Source of the DNA: an uncultured bacterium
GTDB taxonomy: Bacteria; Verrucomicrobiota; Kiritimatiellia; RFP12; UBA1067
Reading direction: 5' to 3'
NCBI GenBank assembly: GCA_902761275.1
Contig: CACWJS010000003.1
Span: 1-59,735, forward strand
Length of the DNA stretch: 59,735 bases
Part shown: positions 47,552 to 58,269 of the stretch, piece after piece
Layout of the letters: each line of letters starts with the position of its first letter
How positions within the stretch are numbered: the first letter of the stretch is position 1
Translations under genes and position numbers: made by a program
The notes under the pieces: generated by a model
Told to the model about the DNA's origin: nothing
What the model saw: only the letters and a program-made list of their open reading frames with translations
The model's database searches: none

Positions 47552-48804
47552 ACGCCGCGTTCCTGAATGAGTGGCAGCTCTATCGGCGCGGTGCACAGCT
47601 TCCGCCGATCGTCGGCCTCGAGCCGAAGACCGACTCCGAGTTCGACACCGATGTCGTAGTTGGCGAGATAAGGATATTTGCCGACACGAACCGCCCGCTC
47701 GTCGCGCTCGTCGTCGAAGACCGCCGTCTTTCCGGCTGGCGCATCGTTCCCGTCTCGCCGTTTTGCGCGCCCGCTTCCGGCCGCGAGCTGATGGTTGGCG
47801 AGCGAGTCTTCCAGCTCTGGAACGCGACGGTAGTCTCGCGCCGCTTCGCGTCGCGCAGCTGGAGAGTCGACGCTATTTCCGATTCCGATCTCGCGGAGAT
47901 CCGCGGCGCAATTGCCGCGGCGAATCCTGGGCGCGTCACTGCAGGCGACGGCGTGCAGGCGAAGTACGAGCGCGAGTTCCTCGTCGGAGAGGGAACGCTC
48001 GTTCCGTTTGCCGAGCCGCGCGCGGCGGATTTGCCGCGCTTTGCGTGGATGCCGGTTGCGTTCAAGATCGCCGCGTCGTTCGCCGTGTGTCTCGCGGCGT
48101 GGTATGTCCTTATGATGGATTCCGGACGCCAGATCGTCCGCAACTGGCGTGAGAGCTTCCATGCCGTCGATATCGCGCAGGAAGACGCGACCATCGATCT
48201 TGTCGACGCGCACGAGGTGCGCGAGGCGCCGGTGGAGATTGCGGAAGTGGACATCGACTTTACGCCGCCCTCGGCAACATGGTGCGGTCCTGCGCCAGAA
48301 GTCTTCCGTCCCGCGAAGTTCGCGGACGTGAAGGGGCCGAAGGTGCCGGAGGGTATCAAGAAGTTCACGCTCGATCGCGACAGGTTCATTTCACCGGTTT
48401 CCGCGCCGATGGAAGTCGTGTTCCTTTCAGGTGGCGAACGGAAGTCTCACGCCCCTGCGCAGAGCGGTGAGCTCCGGTATGCGGCTGCAATCGCGCCGCT
48501 CGCGGAGCCTCCGAAGGTGACGTGCAAGCTTGTGGACGACACGCGGAGCGGGCTCTGCGTCGACAAGATACTGCGCATTGAAGGAGAAGTCGCGGAAGGA
48601 GCGAAGATCACCGTGATGTTCGACTGGGATGTCGTCGAGGGGTATGGCAAACTGTCCAGCACTGCCTCTGACTACAAGGTCTGGATCGATTACGAGCTTA
48701 TGGCGTTCTCCGGCAAGACGATTTCCCCCGAGTCTGTTTTCGTTACGCTCATCTGGCCTTCGAAGGATGGCGACGAGCGCACTCCTGTTCCTGTCGGCTA
48801 TTGA
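47548..48804 (+). CDS. hypothetical single-pass membrane protein
   Basis: ATGA coupling; central TM helix. Confidence 0.7.
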   Translation: MNAAFLNEWQLYRRGAQLPPIVGLEPKTDSEFDTDVVVGEIRIFADTNRPLVALVVEDRRLSGWRIVPVSPFCAPASGRELMVGERVFQLWNATVVSRRFASRSWRVDAISDSDLAEIRGAIAAANPGRVTAGDGVQAKYEREFLVGEGTLVPFAEPRAADLPRFAWMPVAFKIAASFAVCLAAWYVLMMDSGRQIVRNWRESFHAVDIAQEDATIDLVDAHEVREAPVEIAEVDIDFTPPSATWCGPAPEVFRPAKFADVKGPKVPEGIKKFTLDRDRFISPVSAPMEVVFLSGGERKSHAPAQSGELRYAAAIAPLAEPPKVTCKLVDDTRSGLCVDKILRIEGEVAEGAKITVMFDWDVVEGYGKLSSTASDYKVWIDYELMAFSGKTISPESVFVTLIWPSKDGDERTPVPVGY

Positions 48805-48824
48805 AAAATATTGTTTGTTAGCCA

Positions 48825-48854
48825 TTGACGCGGCGGCGGCAAAATTGGTAGAAT
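48825..48854 (+). promoter_or_regulatory. sigma70-type promoter
   Basis: TTGACG-N18-TAGAAT with extended TG. Confidence 0.6.
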
Positions 48855-48923
48855 TTGCGGTGTCGAAGCGGCGAGGGCGCGTGCTTTCCCGATGAGACGG
48901 AACACAAGAAGGAAAGAATCAAG

Positions 48924-49277
48924 ATGGAAATCTATGTTGGTAACCTCGCGTACGACGATGGGCTCAAGGCGGCGTTCGCGCAGTTCGGCGAAGTTACCGC
49001 TGTTCGTGTCGTGACCGATCGCATGACCGGTCGCAGCAAGGGATTCGGCTTCGTCACGATGCCCGACGCCACCCAGGCGCAGGCCGCGATCGACGCCCTC
49101 AACGGACACGAACTCGACGGACGCACGGTCCGCGTCAATGAGTCGCAGCCCAAGCCTCGCGAAGAGCGTCGTGGCGGCTTCGGCGGTGGACGCGGCGGCT
49201 TTGGCGGCGGACGCGGCGGCTACGGTGATCGTGGCGGCTATGGCGATCGTGGCCCTCGTCGCGAGACACGCTGGTAA
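48924..49277 (+). CDS. RRM RNA-binding protein with Gly-rich tail
   Basis: IYVGNL (RNP2), KGFGFV (RNP1), RGG repeats. Confidence 0.95.
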   Translation: MEIYVGNLAYDDGLKAAFAQFGEVTAVRVVTDRMTGRSKGFGFVTMPDATQAQAAIDALNGHELDGRTVRVNESQPKPREERRGGFGGGRGGFGGGRGGYGDRGGYGDRGPRRETRW

Positions 49278-49302
49278 TCGATGGTTCGTCGATTAAAACG
49301 GG

Positions 49303-49333
49303 AAGCGCGGCCCATTCGCCGCGCTTTTTGTTT
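49303..49333 (+). terminator. rho-independent terminator
   Basis: AAGCGCGGC-N6-GCCGCGCTT plus T-tract. Confidence 0.8.
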
Positions 49334-49336
49334 ATA

Positions 49337-49392
49337 AGGTTGAAAAGTTGAAAGGTTGAAAAGTTGAAGAGTTGAAGAGTTGGAGAGTTGAA
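49337..49392 (+). repeat. (A/G)(A/G)GTTGAA 8-mer array (7 units)
   Basis: Reverse complement of the TTCAAC(C/T)T arrays in the GH20 gene and folP. Confidence 0.92.
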
Positions 49393-49408
49393 GTGGTGAG
49401 GATGTGCT

Positions 49409-50017
49409 GTGGCAGTTTCGCTTGAAATAGAAAAGACGGTAGGCGATCCCGTGATGGGGATCGACGAGGCGGGGCGAGGCCCGCTCGCGGGCGGCGTATA
49501 TGCCGCGGCCGTGTCTGTTCCGCTTGCGCTTGCGGAGCGGTTGCTCGTCGGCGCGTGGAGCGAGATAAACGATTCGAAAAAGCTGACGGAGAAAAAGCGC
49601 GAGCGCCTTGCGACGGTGATCAAGTCGACGGAAGGATGCAGGTGGGCCGTCGCGAGCGCGAGCCCGAAGGAGATCGACGAGTTAAACATCCTGAACGCGA
49701 CGCATCTTGCGATGCGAAGGGCGGCGGACGAGGTCGGCGCTGAGCACATTCTCGTCGACGGACTTCCCGTGAAGACGCTGCCGCACGCCGTGAACGTCGT
49801 GAAGGGCGACGCGAAGTCTCTTCTCATCGCGGCGGCGTCGATTCTCGCGAAGACGGCGCGAGACGCCGACTGCCTGCGTCTCGAGGCGCTCTATCCCGGC
49901 TACGGCTTTGCAAAGCACAAGGGCTATCCGACGAAAGACCATCTGGAGGCGCTTTCGCGGCTCGGCCCGTGTCCCGAACACCGCAGGAGTTTTGGCCCCG
50001 TGGCCAATGTGATTTGA
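49409..50017 (+). CDS. rnhB: ribonuclease HII
   Basis: GIDEAGRGPLAG, NDSKKL, VKGD, KHKGYPT, HRRSF. Confidence 0.96.
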   Translation: MAVSLEIEKTVGDPVMGIDEAGRGPLAGGVYAAAVSVPLALAERLLVGAWSEINDSKKLTEKKRERLATVIKSTEGCRWAVASASPKEIDELNILNATHLAMRRAADEVGAEHILVDGLPVKTLPHAVNVVKGDAKSLLIAAASILAKTARDADCLRLEALYPGYGFAKHKGYPTKDHLEALSRLGPCPEHRRSFGPVANVI

Positions 50018-50048
50018 TATAATACCATTCAATACGAAAGGAACATCA

Positions 50049-50870
50049 ATGAAGAATACGATCCCGATGATGTGCACCGCGCTCTTTGCGCTGGCTGCGT
50101 TCGCCAAGACCTCAACGCCCGAAGGGTGGCTCGACGACTATGACGCCGCTCTCAAGAAGGCCGCGGCCGAGGACAAGCATGTCGTCATCGACTTCTCGGG
50201 TAGCGACTGGTGCGGATGGTGCAAGCGCCTCGACAAGGAAGTGTTCGCGACAGACGAGTTCCGCAAGGGCGCTGCAGATAAGTATGTTCTCCTTATGGTC
50301 GACTCTCCGAGCGACAAGTCGCTTCTTACTCCCGAGGCCGCGAAGAACAACCCGAAACTTGTGAAGAAGTTTGGCATCAATGGCTACCCGACTGTCGTCG
50401 TGCTCAACCCGAAGGGCGAGGAAGTGCTGAGGACTGGCTATCAGGCGGGAGGCCCCGAGAAGTATCTCAAGATGCTCGACGAGGAGATCCGCTTCGCCCC
50501 GGAGATAAAGAAGTACATCAAGCCGATCGAAGACGTCTTGAACCGCCACGACGAGCAGATAAGGAAAGACTCCGATGCGGCGATGGAGAAGGTCAAGGCG
50601 AAGTTCCCAAAACCCGACAAGAAGATGTCGAAGTCTGAACGGCAGAAGTACCAGCAGGATGCCATGGCCTACGCCCAGAAAATCATGTTCGAGGAAGTAT
50701 ACCCTAAGTATGTGCCGCTTATCGAAAAATGCTTTGTCGATGCGAAGGCGATGAAAGTTCCCGAGGTCCTTGAAGAGCGCAAGAAAGAACTTATCGAGGG
50801 AGAGGAAAAACGATTCGATATGCTGCGCAAGGCACTCAAGGAACACGCTGAGAAGAAGAGCGAGAAGTAG
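50049..50870 (+). CDS. exported thioredoxin-family protein
   Basis: Signal peptide; FSGSDWCGWC; GYPT. Confidence 0.88.
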   Translation: MKNTIPMMCTALFALAAFAKTSTPEGWLDDYDAALKKAAAEDKHVVIDFSGSDWCGWCKRLDKEVFATDEFRKGAADKYVLLMVDSPSDKSLLTPEAAKNNPKLVKKFGINGYPTVVVLNPKGEEVLRTGYQAGGPEKYLKMLDEEIRFAPEIKKYIKPIEDVLNRHDEQIRKDSDAAMEKVKAKFPKPDKKMSKSERQKYQQDAMAYAQKIMFEEVYPKYVPLIEKCFVDAKAMKVPEVLEERKKELIEGEEKRFDMLRKALKEHAEKKSEK

Positions 50871-50874
50871 TGCC

Positions 50875-51632
<758 letters not shown>

Positions 51633-51636
<4 letters not shown>

Positions 51637-52571
51637 TGCTTGCCGCGCTCGCCTTGTTTGCCGCGCTCGGTTTCTCCGACTCGAAGACGCTCGCCGTCCA
51701 GATACACCTTGACCGTGCGGGATTCTCGTGCAGCACAATCGACGGGCAGTGGGGCGCGAAGTCGGAAAATGCGCTGAGGGCTTACGAGGCGGAGCGGACA
51801 AAGGGTCTGAATCCGGTGTTTGCAGCTTCGCCTGAACAGGCATACAACCGATACTTCATAAGCGCATCCGATCCGTTTCGCGTCGTCGAGGTGACACGGG
51901 CCGACATCGATTCGCTCGTCAAGATTCCAGATGATCCCGCCGAACGCGCGAAGTTGCCTCGCATGGGATACGAGTCTATAAAGGAGATGTTCGCGGAGCG
52001 CGGGCACCTCTCGCAGATCGCGCTTTCGAAGATGAATCCAGGAGTCGACTGGGAGAACGTTAAGCCGGGGCTTAAGCTCGTCATTCCGAACTTTCCATCG
52101 ATAGAGGAGGAACTTGCGGCGGGCGAGAGGGGAAAACCGAACAGGCCGAAACGTCCCGAGGCCGCGCTTGTGAAGATATCTATTTCATCGAGCCAGATCA
52201 GGGCGTTCGACGCCGAGGGGAAACTCCTCGCGCTTTTCCCGTGTTCCATCGCCGCGGACAAGGCGAAGGTTCCGCCTCACGGCGAACTTAAGATAACGAC
52301 TTGTATCCCTTGGCCGAACTTCACCTACACGCCTGACTTTACGCCGCCTGGAAAGAAGGTGCAACGGCACATCTGGCCGGAAGGGGAGAATTGCCCAGTC
52401 GGCGTTGCGTGGCTTGGGCTCAACCTTCCAGGCTACGGAATCCACGGAACGCCGCGCCCCGAGTCGATTGGTTTCACCGGCTCGCACGGATGCTTCCGTC
52501 TCGCTAACTGGAACGCCGCGCGGCTTTACGCGATGTGCCGCAGCGGAACGAAGGTGGTGATCGAGCCATGA
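51633..52571 (+). CDS. L,D-transpeptidase family protein
   Basis: PG-binding-like N-terminus (QIHLDRAGFS..IDGQWG); YGIHGT..SHGCFRL. Confidence 0.92.
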
Positions 52572-53035
52572 ACTTCCTCGCTATAGACTTCGAGACGACG
52601 GGCTATGACTTTGGCTGCGACAACGAGCCGTGGCAGCTCGGGTTTGCGCGCGTCGAGGACGGCGCGATAGTCGAGACTGGCGAGTGGTTCTTTGACGTTG
52701 AAGGCGCTCCTGAGCGTGCGCACGAGTCGGATGCGCTCGGCACCTTGCAGAGTTCCTTCGAGACATGGGCGCCAAAGCTTGTGGGCGTGCGGCTTGTCGC
52801 GCACAACATCGCGTGCGAGCGGACTATCCTGACGCGCGTTGCGCCGCTTACGAAGTGGGGGCCGTGGGTAGACACGATGAAGCTCGCGAAGGCGAGGTAT
52901 CCGCGTCTGCCGTCATACAAGCTCGGCGACCTCTGCGAGATGTTCGGCCAGGTGCCGCAGATCGACGGCCGCACATGGCACGACGGGCTTTACGACGCCG
53001 TCGCCTGCGCGAACCTCGCGCTGTTCCTGAGTTAG
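52568..53035 (+). CDS. DEDDh 3'-5' exonuclease
   Basis: IDFETTG, VAHN, DT, HDGLYDA. Confidence 0.88.
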   Translation: MNFLAIDFETTGYDFGCDNEPWQLGFARVEDGAIVETGEWFFDVEGAPERAHESDALGTLQSSFETWAPKLVGVRLVAHNIACERTILTRVAPLTKWGPWVDTMKLAKARYPRLPSYKLGDLCEMFGQVPQIDGRTWHDGLYDAVACANLALFLS

Positions 53036-53073
53036 CGATGGAATAGACGGCTGGTTTTTGGTATAATCATGGC

Positions 53074-54474
53074 ATGAGAATAACTTTCTACGGGGCGGCG
53101 CAGACGACGACCGGCTCCATGCATCTTGTAGAGGCGAACGGCAAGCGGATACTGCTCGACTGCGGGCTGTACCAAGGCCACCGCAAGGAGGCGTTCGAGA
53201 AGAACAGGAACCTCCCGGTCGATCCCGCGAAAATCGACTACGTGATCCTCTCCCACGCGCACATCGACCACAGCGGAAACCTGCCGCAGCTCGTCAGGCA
53301 GGGCTTTCGCGGGCGCGTTTTCGCAAGACAGTCGACGACTGACCTCTGCGACGTGATGCTGCGCGACTCGTGCTTTCTCCAGAAGCGCGACCTCGAGTAC
53401 ATCAACAAGAAGCGTCGCAAGGAAGGCAAGAAGCCGTTCGAGCCGCTTTACGAGGAGAGCGACGTAGACGCGCTGATGCAGCTGTTCGTTCCGACGCACA
53501 TGCATGAACCGCGCGAGATATGCCGCGGGATAACGCTCGAGTTCTTCAACGCGGGGCACATTCTCGGCTCGGCGCTCGTTCAGCTCGACATCCGCTCCGA
53601 TCACGGCCACAACCACCGACTGCTCTTCTCGGGCGACCTCGGGCAGCCGAACCAGCCGATACTCCGCCACTACGAGTATCCCGCGGGCGCTGACATTCTT
53701 ATCGTCGAGTCGACCTACGCCGACAAGTTCCACCCGTCGGCCGACGACGTCGAGCTGCGTCTCGAGAAGTACCTCAAGTACATCGACCGCCACAACGCGA
53801 AGCTGCTCGTTCCCGCGTTTTCTGTCGGGCGTACGCAGCAGATCATCTACTATCTGAACAAGCTGCGCGAGAAGGGCAAGGTGCCGCGCGAGGTCAAGGT
53901 CTACATCGACTCGCCTCTCTCGCAGAAGGCGACGCGCATCTACGCGAAACATCGCGAGGTCTACAACGACGAGGCGAAGAGGATGCTTGCGGAGGGCAAG
54001 GATCCGCTCGAGTACCCTGGCATGACGTTCGTCGGAACGCCCGAGGAGTCGATGGCGCTCAACGACACTCCTGGCCCCATGATCATCATTGCGGCGTCGG
54101 GCATGTGCGAAGGCGGGCGGGTTCTCCACCACTTGAAGCACTGCGTTCAGGACGAGGACAACATCATCCTCATCTGCGGCTTCCAGGCGGAGAACACGCT
54201 CGGCCGCCGCATCGTCGAGAGGCGCGAGACGATCAAGGTCTTCGGCGAGGAAGTTCCACTTCGCGCCAAGGTCGAGATCATCAACGCGCTCTCCGCGCAT
54301 GCCGACCGCACCGGTCTCATCGACTGGATAAGCGAGGTGAAGGACAACGTGCGCAATGCGTTCGCGGTCCACGGCGAGCCCGATAAGGTGGCGGCGATGG
54401 CGGACATACTCAAGGAGCAGGGCATACGCAACGTCGTCGCGCCGATGCCAGGGCAGACCTACCAATTTGAGTGA
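53074..54474 (+). CDS. MBL-fold beta-CASP ribonuclease
   Basis: SHAHIDHSG, AGHILGS, ESTY, PAFSVGRTQ, SAHAD, VHGE. Confidence 0.93.
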   Translation: MRITFYGAAQTTTGSMHLVEANGKRILLDCGLYQGHRKEAFEKNRNLPVDPAKIDYVILSHAHIDHSGNLPQLVRQGFRGRVFARQSTTDLCDVMLRDSCFLQKRDLEYINKKRRKEGKKPFEPLYEESDVDALMQLFVPTHMHEPREICRGITLEFFNAGHILGSALVQLDIRSDHGHNHRLLFSGDLGQPNQPILRHYEYPAGADILIVESTYADKFHPSADDVELRLEKYLKYIDRHNAKLLVPAFSVGRTQQIIYYLNKLREKGKVPREVKVYIDSPLSQKATRIYAKHREVYNDEAKRMLAEGKDPLEYPGMTFVGTPEESMALNDTPGPMIIIAASGMCEGGRVLHHLKHCVQDEDNIILICGFQAENTLGRRIVERRETIKVFGEEVPLRAKVEIINALSAHADRTGLIDWISEVKDNVRNAFAVHGEPDKVAAMADILKEQGIRNVVAPMPGQTYQFE

Positions 54475-54482
54475 GCGAGCTT

Positions 54483-54653
54483 GTTGGCGGTGGCCGAAAG
54501 CTCCTCCTCGGGGAACCCTCAGCGAATACGCTGTATCCCCTCGCTCGGACTTTCGCTCCACCGCCAACTTCGTCTTGGTGGCTGAAGCTTCCTCCTCTGG
54601 GGACTCTCGCTCGGACTTTCGCTCCACCGCCAACTTCATCTTGGCGGCCGAAG
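54483..54653. repeat. REP-like hairpin cluster with a 48 bp direct repeat (period 66)
   Basis: 54540-54587 matches 54606-54653 (3 mismatches); the GTTGGCGGTGG arm pairs with CCACCGCCAAC. Confidence 0.8.
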
Positions 54654-54718
54654 GCTTCTCATCGCTCATAACCCATCGGGGCGGAGATTTGATATAATAT
54701 ACTCTTCAAGGAGGAAAA

Positions 54719-56305
54719 ATGAGACCTGTTGTTTTCATCATCCGTGACGGCTGGGGCGTCAATCCCCGCGCAGACGGCAATTCTGTTTATGGCGCAAAGA
54801 CGCCTGTCATCGACCAGATCAGGGCGCGCTACCCGCACTGCCTTCTCGACTGCTGCGGCGAGGCGGTGGGACTTCCCGACGGCTATCAGGGATCGTCCGA
54901 GGTCGGTCACCTCAACATGGGCGCTGGACGCATCGTCGTCCAGGAGCTTAAGCGCATCGACGACGGTCTTTCCTCCGGCGAGCTCTTCAAGAGCCCGAAG
55001 TGGCAGAACCTCATCGCGAACTGGAAGAAGAACAACTCGCAGTTCCATTTCTTCGGGCTTCTTCAGGACGAGGGAGTTCATGCCCACCAGGAACACCTTT
55101 TCAAGCTGATGAAGCGTGCGCGTCAGGAATTCCCCGAAGGGCGCATCGTCGTTCATCCGTTCCTCGACGGCCGCGACACGCCGCCTCGTTCGACCCTGGA
55201 GTACATCGCCCGCCTCAAGACCGAGCTCGCCGCAGTCGGCAACGCGACGATCGGTACCGCGATGGGCCGTTACTACGGCATGGATCGCGTGAAGAACTGG
55301 AAGCTCACGAGCGAGGCATACGACTGCATCGTCGGCTGCAAGGGCAAGAAGGCGGCGACGATCGAGGAGTGCGTCAAGGCGGAGTACGAGAGCGGCAAGA
55401 CGCCCGACGGAACTCCCATGACCGACGAGTACATTCCATGCTACGTGATCGGCGGCTACGAGGGCATGAAGGACGGCGACGTCGTGATGCACACCAACTA
55501 CCGCCAGGACCGCGCAATCCAGCTCACTCAGGCGTTCGTCTCCGATGACTACGCTGGCGAGCGCTGTGCGCGTCCGAAAGTGACGTTCCTCGGCTTCACG
55601 CGCTACTGGGACGAGTTCGAGGACTACCTCCTCGGCGCGATGGGCGCGGGCGGTGGAATGGACAACCTTCTTGGCGAAGTCGTCTCGAAGGCCGGCATCA
55701 AGCAGCTCCGTCTCGCGGAGACGCAGAAGTTCCGCCACGTGACGAGCTTCTTCAACGGCAAGTCCACGACTCCTTCGGAAGGCGAGGATCAGGTCGAGGT
55801 GAAGAGCCGCTTCGATCCCGCGACATTCGCGTCGCATCCCGAGATGGACGCGTACAATGTCACTGACGAGCTTCTGAAGCGCCTCGAGAAGACCCCCTAC
55901 GGTTTTATCGTCGTCAACTACGCGAACTGCGACATGGTTGGCCACACGGGCGACGAGAAGGCCGCGACGAAGGCGGTCGAGGTAACCGACGAGTGCATTG
56001 GGAAGATTCTCCCGCGCCTCCTCGAGCTCGACGCGCACGTTCTAATTTTCGCTGATCACGGCAACGCTGAGCAGATGGTCGACTACAAGTCTGGTCTCAC
56101 GAAGACTTCGCACACGCTGAACCTCGTCGACTGCTTCTATGTCGCGAACGACGCTGCTGGCGTGCGCCTCACCCCGCTTGCGAAGCTCTCGGCCGTCGCG
56201 CCGACAGCGCTGCAGATGCTTGGGCTGCCGGTCCCGTCCGAAATGACCACGCCGTCGCTTCTCGCCGGCAAGGAGCCCTGGAGCAAAACCGCTCTCAACG
56301 TCTGA
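54719..56305 (+). CDS. gpmI: 2,3-bisphosphoglycerate-independent phosphoglycerate mutase
   Basis: DGWG, GSSEVGHLNMGAGR, DGRD, NCDMVGHTG, ADHGNAE. Confidence 0.96.
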   Translation: MRPVVFIIRDGWGVNPRADGNSVYGAKTPVIDQIRARYPHCLLDCCGEAVGLPDGYQGSSEVGHLNMGAGRIVVQELKRIDDGLSSGELFKSPKWQNLIANWKKNNSQFHFFGLLQDEGVHAHQEHLFKLMKRARQEFPEGRIVVHPFLDGRDTPPRSTLEYIARLKTELAAVGNATIGTAMGRYYGMDRVKNWKLTSEAYDCIVGCKGKKAATIEECVKAEYESGKTPDGTPMTDEYIPCYVIGGYEGMKDGDVVMHTNYRQDRAIQLTQAFVSDDYAGERCARPKVTFLGFTRYWDEFEDYLLGAMGAGGGMDNLLGEVVSKAGIKQLRLAETQKFRHVTSFFNGKSTTPSEGEDQVEVKSRFDPATFASHPEMDAYNVTDELLKRLEKTPYGFIVVNYANCDMVGHTGDEKAATKAVEVTDECIGKILPRLLELDAHVLIFADHGNAEQMVDYKSGLTKTSHTLNLVDCFYVANDAAGVRLTPLAKLSAVAPTALQMLGLPVPSEMTTPSLLAGKEPWSKTALNV

Positions 56306-56306
56306 T

Positions 56307-56657
56307 ATGGCGGTCGACAGGATAGAAAGGGTAGACAGTCTCCTCAAGCGGGTCATCGCCGAGGCGATGTTCTCCGTCATGCAGGGCGACACGGTCGCTC
56401 CCGGGCTCATCACCGTGACGGACGTCCACTGCGGGAAGGATCTCCGCGACGCAACCGTCAAGGTGTCGGTGTTCGGCGACGACGCCCTGAAGGAGACTGC
56501 GCTCCAGCACCTTAAGCACAACGCGAGGCGCTTCCAGCAGATCATAAACCGGGAAGTGCGGCTGAAGTTCACGCCGCGCCTTCTCTTCCAGCTCGACCGC
56601 TCGCTTGAAAAGGGCGACGAGGTGCTGGCGATCCTGGACAAGCTCGGAAATGGCTAA
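56307..56657 (+). CDS. rbfA: ribosome-binding factor A
   Basis: RIERV..DLRDATVKVS..LKFTPRLLFQLD.S. Confidence 0.93.
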   Translation: MAVDRIERVDSLLKRVIAEAMFSVMQGDTVAPGLITVTDVHCGKDLRDATVKVSVFGDDALKETALQHLKHNARRFQQIINREVRLKFTPRLLFQLDRSLEKGDEVLAILDKLGNG

Positions 56658-57333
56658 CCTGACACAGCTCAGGATGCTCGAGGAACTCGACGGGCTTCTC
56701 CTCGTCGATAAGCCTGCGGGCATCGCGTTCTCGTCTGTCGTAAAGACGGTAAAGCGCAAGTTCAATCTTGTGAAGGTCGGTCACGGTGGCTCCCTGGATG
56801 CGATGGCGTCTGGGCTTTTCGTCGTTCTCCTCGGCGGTGCGAACAAGTTCGTCGGTGACATAATGGGCGCGGACCGTTCGTACACGGGAACGATGAAGTT
56901 CGGCGAGACGACCGACACGGGCGACCGCTATGGCAGGCCGATTCCTCTTCCTGAACGCGTGATGAAGCCGGGAGAGGCGAAGGGCGATCTCTTTCAGACG
57001 GAGCCGCGCTTCTGCGCCGTTCGCCGCGAGGGCTTGGCGCAGTACGACATCGCCGATACAGGCGAGCATACGCAGTTTCTCGCGCACGTCTACCGCTTCG
57101 AAGTCGGCGAGAAGGACGCGTCGTCTGGTGAGTCCGCCTTTTCGCTCGTCGCCTCGAAGGGCGTGATAGTTCGCGCTCTCGCGCAGGACCTCGGCGCGAC
57201 GCTTATGTCGCTGCGGCGCACGAAGATCGGCAAGCTCTCCATTGATGACGCGATTCCGTTTGACAAGCTTCTTGAAACAGACATCGGAAACCTTCCGTCA
57301 TGCGTAGTGCCGATTTCCAGAGCGTTGCGGTAG
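56650..57333 (+). CDS. truB: tRNA pseudouridine(55) synthase, divergent
   Basis: DKPAG, KVGHGGSLD, TTDTGD, LRRT; rbfA-truB-ribF synteny. Confidence 0.85.
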   Translation: MANLTQLRMLEELDGLLLVDKPAGIAFSSVVKTVKRKFNLVKVGHGGSLDAMASGLFVVLLGGANKFVGDIMGADRSYTGTMKFGETTDTGDRYGRPIPLPERVMKPGEAKGDLFQTEPRFCAVRREGLAQYDIADTGEHTQFLAHVYRFEVGEKDASSGESAFSLVASKGVIVRALAQDLGATLMSLRRTKIGKLSIDDAIPFDKLLETDIGNLPSCVVPISRALR

Positions 57334-58133
57334 GCTTTTTCGACGGCGTCCACCTAGGACACCAGGCCATCCTGAAAGGCGCCGAGGCGGCGCTTACTTT
57401 CCGCAACCACCCGCTGGCCGTTCTTTCGCCCGACAGGGCGCCGCGGCTTTTGATGGACGCCGAGGAACGCCTTGCCACGATCCGCGCATGCGGAGCAAGG
57501 GAAGTCGTCGCGCTCAATTTCACGCCAGAGTTTGCACGTCTTTCGCCCGAGGAGTTTCTTGCGACGGCGGGGATCACGCGCAAGGTAAAAGTCAGGTGCG
57601 GCGACAACTGGCGCTTCGGGCGCGGCGGAGCTGCCGACGCGACTTGGCTTCGCGCGCACGGATACTCGGTCGAGGTCGTTCCGGCAGTGGAGTATCGCGG
57701 CGAAACCGTTTCCTCGACGCGCATCCGCGCCGCGCTCGAGCGTGGCGAGGTCGAGGATGCCTGTGCCATGCTTGGGCGGCCGTTCGAGGTGCGCGGCGAG
57801 GTTTTCGCGGGGAAGGGCGAGGGCTCGCGTCTTGGCTATCCAACGGTGAACTTAAAGCCGAGCTCGCTCAACATTCGGCTTCCGCTCGGCGTCTATGCGG
57901 TCGAGGCGGGCGGTGTACGCGCAGTCGCGAACTACGGCTTTGCGCCGACGTTTGGCGAACGCGCGTGGGAAGAGCCTGTCGTAGAGGTTCATTTTCTGCG
58001 GCAAGCGCCTGACACGCAGAACGGCTTTGCGGAAGTGAAGCTTCTTCGCTTCCTGCGTGCAGAGCAAAAGTTTGATTCTCCCGATGCGCTTAAATCACAG
58101 ATCGCGCGCGACTGCGCCGCCGCATTGGCGTGA
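57300..58133 (+). CDS. ribF: riboflavin kinase / FAD synthetase
   Basis: FDGVHLGHQ, SSTRIR, LGYPTVN, GVYA, FLRAEQKF. Confidence 0.93.
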   Translation: MRSADFQSVAVGFFDGVHLGHQAILKGAEAALTFRNHPLAVLSPDRAPRLLMDAEERLATIRACGAREVVALNFTPEFARLSPEEFLATAGITRKVKVRCGDNWRFGRGGAADATWLRAHGYSVEVVPAVEYRGETVSSTRIRAALERGEVEDACAMLGRPFEVRGEVFAGKGEGSRLGYPTVNLKPSSLNIRLPLGVYAVEAGGVRAVANYGFAPTFGERAWEEPVVEVHFLRQAPDTQNGFAEVKLLRFLRAEQKFDSPDALKSQIARDCAAALA

Positions 58134-58269
58134 CGCTGCTACGGTGGTTTGCTGCTACATGACCTTAATCGACTCTGGCTGTCTCTTACTATATTTCGTC
58201 CGCATCATAATCGCATTTCATCATTTCCTCGCTCTGCTACTCACGGATTTTTGGTAAACTGTTCCTGAA

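Noticed and set aside
49164-49255. GGCGGC-rich repeats at the end of the RRM gene
   Set aside because: Ordinary RGG/Gly-rich coding tail, unrelated to the arm elements
48924-49277. RRM protein appears ~3 residues short after RNP2 (LAYDDGL)
   Set aside because: Small in-frame difference that could be natural variation or an assembly slip
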